Part shown: positions 59,860 to 64,000 of the stretch, one piece after another
Numbering within the stretch: the stretch's first letter is position 1
Layout of the letters: each line of letters opens with the position of its first letter
Assembly (NCBI GenBank): GCA_963724765.1
Contig: CAVRVY010000003.1
Span: 448,001-512,000, forward strand
Direction: 5' to 3'
From: an uncultured delta proteobacterium
GTDB taxonomy: Bacteria > Desulfobacterota > Binatia > Binatales > Binataceae
Length of the DNA: 64,000 nucleotides
Position numbers and translations under genes: made by a program
The notes under the pieces: generated by a model
What the model was told of the DNA's origin: nothing
Database searches by the model: none
What the model saw: the letters and a program-made list of their open reading frames with translations, nothing else

Positions 59860-61157
59860 TGGCGGACGCACAGACACCGGAACCGGTTGCGGCCGCGCGG
59901 CGCGGCCCGGTGCGCGACGTGGTCGAATACGATCTTCTGTTCGACTGCGTGCACTGCGGGCTTTGTCTGGAGTCCTGCCCGACCTACCTGCTGACCCGGG
60001 CCGAGATGGATTCGCCGCGCGGGCGAATCTACATGATGAAGTCGCTCGCCGAGGGGCGGATGACGCTCGATGACGAAGCCGTGCGCCATATCGACTTGTG
60101 CCTGGGATGTCGCGGATGCGAGACCGCGTGTCCCTCGGGCGTTCATTATGGGCGGCTCCTGGAGCGGACGCGCGACTACATCGATCGCAACCATCGGCGC
60201 GGATTTATCGACCGGCTGCGGCACGCGGCGGTCCGCTTCATCTTTCCGTATCCGCAGCGCCTCCGCGTGATGCTCTGGCCGCTGCGCGCCGCCGAGCGGC
60301 TCAAAATGCGCGGCCTGGTGCGCCGCCTCATGCCACGCGCGTTGCGCGAGTGGATCGACCTGGTGCCGGAAGAAAACCAGGCATCACCGGTCTATCCCGA
60401 GCCAACGTCGCCGAATTCCGCAGGCCCGGTCGCGGTAGTGCATCATGGATGCGTCGCCGAGGTGCTGACGCCCTCGGAGAATCGCAATACGGAGCGCGCG
60501 CTCGCGGCGGCCGGCTATCGCGTCGTGCAGCTCGCACCCACGGTCTGCTGCGGCGCGCTCGATCTGCACGACGGCAACCTGCCGCGCGGACTCGACTTCG
60601 CGCGCCGCAACGTGCGGGCGCTCAAACAATCGGGCGCCGAGGCGATCGTTTCGGCGGCCTCGGGATGCGCCGCGGCGATCGCGTCGTATGGCGAGTTATT
60701 GAAGGATGACCCGGAACTGGCCAGCGACGCGCGCGAGGTCTCGGAACGCGCAACCGACCTTAGCACCTTGATGCTCGCGCGCGGCGGCAAATCGGCGGGG
60801 CGGCTCGAATGTGCCGTTACGTATCATGATTCTTGTCATCTCGTGCACGGGATGGGTGTGCGCGAGGGGCCGCGCAAACTCCTCAGTTCGATCGCGGGCG
60901 TGCGCCTGGTCGAGATGGCGGAGTCCGATCTCTGCTGCGGGTCGGCCGGAAGCTACAACCTGCTCGAGTCCGCGATGGCGAATCAACTGGCGCGGCGCAA
61001 GGCCGACAATATCGAGGCGACCGGCGCCGACTACGTCGTGCTGGGCAATCCGGGCTGCGAATTCCAGATCGCGGCGGAGCTACGCCGGCGCGGTTCACGC
61101 ATCCGGGTTATGCACCTGGCAGATTTTCTCGCCCTGGCCGCGAGCTCCCGCGCGTAA
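59859..61157 (+). CDS. glcF: Glycolate oxidase Fe-S subunit GlcF
   Basis: CVHCGLCLESCPTY, CLGCRGCETACPSGV, CCGA, YHDSCH, CCGSAGSYN, NPGC. Confidence 0.92.
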   Translation: MADAQTPEPVAAARRGPVRDVVEYDLLFDCVHCGLCLESCPTYLLTRAEMDSPRGRIYMMKSLAEGRMTLDDEAVRHIDLCLGCRGCETACPSGVHYGRLLERTRDYIDRNHRRGFIDRLRHAAVRFIFPYPQRLRVMLWPLRAAERLKMRGLVRRLMPRALREWIDLVPEENQASPVYPEPTSPNSAGPVAVVHHGCVAEVLTPSENRNTERALAAAGYRVVQLAPTVCCGALDLHDGNLPRGLDFARRNVRALKQSGAEAIVSAASGCAAAIASYGELLKDDPELASDAREVSERATDLSTLMLARGGKSAGRLECAVTYHDSCHLVHGMGVREGPRKLLSSIAGVRLVEMAESDLCCGSAGSYNLLESAMANQLARRKADNIEATGADYVVLGNPGCEFQIAAELRRRGSRIRVMHLADFLALAASSRA

Positions 61158-61304
61158 GCCGCACCGCTGCGTCACAACCGCGGCGCGAACCGCGGCCTCG
61201 CCGATGCTTGCGGCCTTACCAATACTGCCGACGAACTGCTGTTTGAAAAAGGCGTGAAGGGCGAGCCGTGCGTACAGCTCGCGCTGCGGGTGTTGTTACT
61301 GCTG

Positions 61305-61487
61305 CTACGACGGATCGAGATCGATAATCTGGCCGGGCTGCGGTCCGGGAACCATATCGGCGAGGTCGGCATCCTTATCCTTGGCCACTCCGGGCGGAGT
61401 CTGCCGTTCGGTGACGCGTTTGACCCGGCGCTGTTCCTTATCCTGTTGCTTCTGCCGACGAAGCTGTTCTCTGCGGCGTTTTTCCAA
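61305..61487 (-). CDS. Small basic hypothetical protein downstream of the RRM gene
   Basis: EKRRREQ..QKQQDK..RR and C-terminal VPGPQP; TTG start with GAGAGG at 7 nt (alternative start 61550). Confidence 0.6.
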   Translation of the reverse strand: MEKRRREQLRRQKQQDKEQRRVKRVTERQTPPGVAKDKDADLADMVPGPQPGQIIDLDPS

Positions 61488-61565
61488 CTGGTCGCCTCTC
61501 GGGGCCGACGGAGCCGACGCCCTGAGGCGGTCGACACCATCAGGCTCCAATTATCTGCGTGCGCT

Positions 61566-61602
61566 AAAAACGACGGGGGCGGGGCTCGGCCCGCCCCCGT
61601 TT
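61566..61602 (-). terminator. Intrinsic terminator after the RRM gene
   Basis: ACGGGGGCGGG/CCCGCCCCCGT stem + T5. Confidence 0.7.
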
Positions 61603-61616
61603 CGATTCGACTGCTG

Positions 61617-61946
61617 TTACCAGCGATCGCGGCCGCGATTTCCACCGCCGCCGCCACCGCCCCGGTTGCCGCCGCCGCCACCGCCGAAGCTCGACTCACG
61701 AGGCTTGGCCTCGTTGACCTTGATGTTGCGGCCCTTCAGCTCAGTCTCGTTGAACTGCTGAATTGCCTTGGCCGCATCTTCCGCATTAGCCATCTCGACA
61801 AAACCGAAACCCTTTGACTGGCCCGAAAACTTGTCGGTGATGATCGCGACGCTCTGCACCTGTCCTACCTGAGAAAACAGCTGCTGCAGGTCGTCGTTGG
61901 ACACTGCGTAGGCCAGATTGCCTACGTACAATTTGCTGGGCATCAT
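61617..61946 (-). CDS. RRM RNA-binding protein with Gly/Arg tail
   Basis: RNP2 LYVGNL, RNP1 KGFGFVEM, VNEAKPR. Confidence 0.96.
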   Translation of the reverse strand: MMPSKLYVGNLAYAVSNDDLQQLFSQVGQVQSVAIITDKFSGQSKGFGFVEMANAEDAAKAIQQFNETELKGRNIKVNEAKPRESSFGGGGGGNRGGGGGGGNRGRDRW

Positions 61947-62132
61947 TGCCCTCCGTTGGTATTTGTCGGGAAGCTCTCGAACAGAGAACCCGGGCTCATT
62001 CCCGGGCGTTTGATAGGGAACACTCCGACCGTTACGTGAACTAGCCTATGCCTTTTCGTGGGGCAATGGAAGGGGTCTATATTAGTTCGGTACAGATAAT
62101 TATTTGCGTTTTACAGCGGAAGCACCGCAACC

Positions 62133-63320
62133 TTACGGGTCCCGCGTGACTACGATTCCGCTGCCACGCATCATCGGCGAGCCGTCGAGCGCGCATACCG
62201 CCGCCGCATCCGGCACTTGCCGGCGCTCGGCACGGTCGGTCACCTGGAACACCGCCTCGGCAATATGCCCCATTCCGTGCAACCGTCCCTCGCTCAGGCT
62301 GCCGCCGAAGGTATTCACCGGCATTTCGCCCTCCAGCGCGATACGGCCGTCCTGGATGAACGCGTAGGCTTCGCCTCGCTTGCAGAAGCCGGCCGCCTCC
62401 AGCCAGTAGAGCGCGGAGGGGGCGAAGCCGTCGTACAACTGCGCGGCGTCCATGTCAGCGGGGCCGAGTCCCGCCGCCGACCACAGCCTGTTTGCGAGCG
62501 ACTGCCCATTGGCGACGTAATCGTCGAGCGTATAGAAGAGCAGGCTTCGCCGGCTGGCGGTATTCTGGCCGTGGCCGGCGATGTAAGCCGGCGGACGGCG
62601 CAGGTCGCGCGCGCGTTCGGCGCGGGTCATCACCAGCGCGACGCAGCCCTCGACCGGCACGTCGCAATCGAACAGGCAAAACGGCTCGGCGATTGGCCGC
62701 GCGGCCATGTAATCCTCGCGGGTCATCGGCTTGGTGTAAAAGAATGCGCGCGGATTGAGGTTGGCGTTGCGCCGCGAGTTGACCGCGAGCGTACTCAGAT
62801 GCTCGCGAGTGGCACCGTACTGATGCATGTAGCGCCGCCACGCCATCGCATGCGACTGGATCACGCTGATGCATCCAAAGGGCGCGAGGAACTGCGCGTC
62901 GCCGGCGGCGCGCGCGCCGCTGAACGCTCCGTAGCTGCGCGGCTGATGCAGCGCACGCCAGATCAACACGTAGTCGCAAGCGCCGGCCAGCAGCGCGTGC
63001 ACGCCTTCGATTACCGGGGCCGCGATCATCCCGGTCTCGATCTGCGCGTACCATCGCACCTCGGGCGCGAGCGCCAGATGGTTGATAATCCAGGCGACGC
63101 TCACGATATCGACACCGTCGCGGGTGCCGGCGCCGAGAAACGGCGCTTCGGGATAGGTCGCAAGTCCGTCGATTTGTTGCGGGCTCAATCCGGCGTCGGC
63201 GATCGCTTCGCGGCAAGCGTCAAGCGCGAGCAATCCGAGCGGGCGTTTCGATTGACGCACCAGTTCCGAGTAGCCGATTCCGACGATCGCGGTCTTGCCC
63301 TTGCCCTGCCACATCGTCAC
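62133..63320 (-). CDS. Thiolase-family protein (SCP-x/Ltp2-like)
   Basis: TAIVGIG, NANLNPRA, LFDCDVPVEG, QLYDGF, NTFGGSLSEG; GTG overlaps the DUF35 stop. Confidence 0.88.
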   Translation of the reverse strand: MTMWQGKGKTAIVGIGYSELVRQSKRPLGLLALDACREAIADAGLSPQQIDGLATYPEAPFLGAGTRDGVDIVSVAWIINHLALAPEVRWYAQIETGMIAAPVIEGVHALLAGACDYVLIWRALHQPRSYGAFSGARAAGDAQFLAPFGCISVIQSHAMAWRRYMHQYGATREHLSTLAVNSRRNANLNPRAFFYTKPMTREDYMAARPIAEPFCLFDCDVPVEGCVALVMTRAERARDLRRPPAYIAGHGQNTASRRSLLFYTLDDYVANGQSLANRLWSAAGLGPADMDAAQLYDGFAPSALYWLEAAGFCKRGEAYAFIQDGRIALEGEMPVNTFGGSLSEGRLHGMGHIAEAVFQVTDRAERRQVPDAAAVCALDGSPMMRGSGIVVTRDP

Positions 63321-63760
63321 GCCCCCCCTGCGCTCAGACCGGCCTGAACTGGTCTGAACTGGGCGAGCGTCAGGCCGGGGCCGCGCTCCTCGAACCAGAC
63401 TTCGACGCGGCCGCCGATTCGGATTTTGCCAAGCTCCGCGTGCGGCAGATTGGAAACCATAAAGAGCATCGGCTGTTCCTGGAGTTCGACCACGATATTG
63501 ACGTACGGGACCTCGCCCTCGAAACCGGCGACGCTCGGCTGATGCATCACGGTGAAGGTGTAGATGGTGCCGCGGCCGGAAACCGGCGTGAACTCCAGGC
63601 GCTGCGAGGAGCAGCGGTCGCAACTCGGGCGCGGCGGATGGTTGTAGTAACCGCACTCGGCACATCGCTGCACCACGAGCCGGCGCTCTTTCGCCGCGTC
63701 CCACAACGGCTGCGAGAGTTCGTCGGCAACGGGAACCGGTTTTTCGTTAGTGATCGCCAC
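63317..63760 (-). CDS. DUF35 Zn-ribbon/OB-fold protein (ChsH2-like)
   Basis: QRCAECG..HPPRPSCDRC, SGRGTIYTFTV, VELQE; usual thiolase partner. Confidence 0.9.
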   Translation of the reverse strand: MAITNEKPVPVADELSQPLWDAAKERRLVVQRCAECGYYNHPPRPSCDRCSSQRLEFTPVSGRGTIYTFTVMHQPSVAGFEGEVPYVNIVVELQEQPMLFMVSNLPHAELGKIRIGGRVEVWFEERGPGLTLAQFRPVQAGLSAGGA

Positions 63761-63878
63761 GCATCGTGTATAGCAGTTTGAGGACGCGAGTGTCAGCGCG
63801 CGAATGTCAGTGGACTGTCGGCGGTAGACTTGCCCCATCGGCCTCGCATGCGCTCGGCGTGCACTTTTGCGGCTGCCC

Positions 63879-64000
63879 GCCGGTCCCAGCGGCAAAGCCT
63901 ACGGCCTCGACATGACCGACGAGATGCTCGCGCTGGCGCGCGAGAACCAGCGCAAGGCGGGCGCGCAAAACGTCGAGTTCCTCAAGGGCGAGATCGAAAA
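63879..64000 (+). pseudogene. arsM: 5'-truncated arsenite methyltransferase (ArsM-like) fragment running off the window
   Basis: [39 protein letters not shown]; in-frame TAG at 63825 and no upstream LDLGSGxG motif. Confidence 0.7.

Overview
High-GC bacterial chromosomal window. Gene content and codon style suggest an uncultured deltaproteobacteria-like lineage such as Ca. Binatota; this is an inference, not a database result. It is mostly housekeeping and metabolic DNA: class II ribonucleotide reductase divergent from dciA (DUF721) with DnaA boxes between them, thpR-recA, a DEAD-box helicase, guaB-ddl-rdgB, ftsB, hemJ, glcDEF with an AGT aminotransferase, an RRM protein and a thiolase/DUF35 pair. 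It also holds a xanthine-dehydrogenase/CODH-like molybdoenzyme cluster with two paralogous large subunits plus MoaD, CoxD and CoxE, two hybrid histidine kinases, and a FecR/CHASE2 adenylate cyclase near a cNMP-gated MscS. I found no rRNA, tRNA, CRISPR array, transposase or integrase. The best leads are: (1) an orphan LuxI/FeeM-like GNAT protein divergent from a multi-TM hybrid kinase, a candidate signal synthase/receptor pair; (2) a complete transcription unit for a 31-aa Lys-rich peptide whose UTRs base-pair around the ORF; (3) a guaB leader with promoter, leaderless uORF and intrinsic terminator, a candidate attenuator; (4) two C7-loop hairpin sRNA candidates sharing a motif; (5) many short tandem micro-duplications, some in-frame inside core genes.
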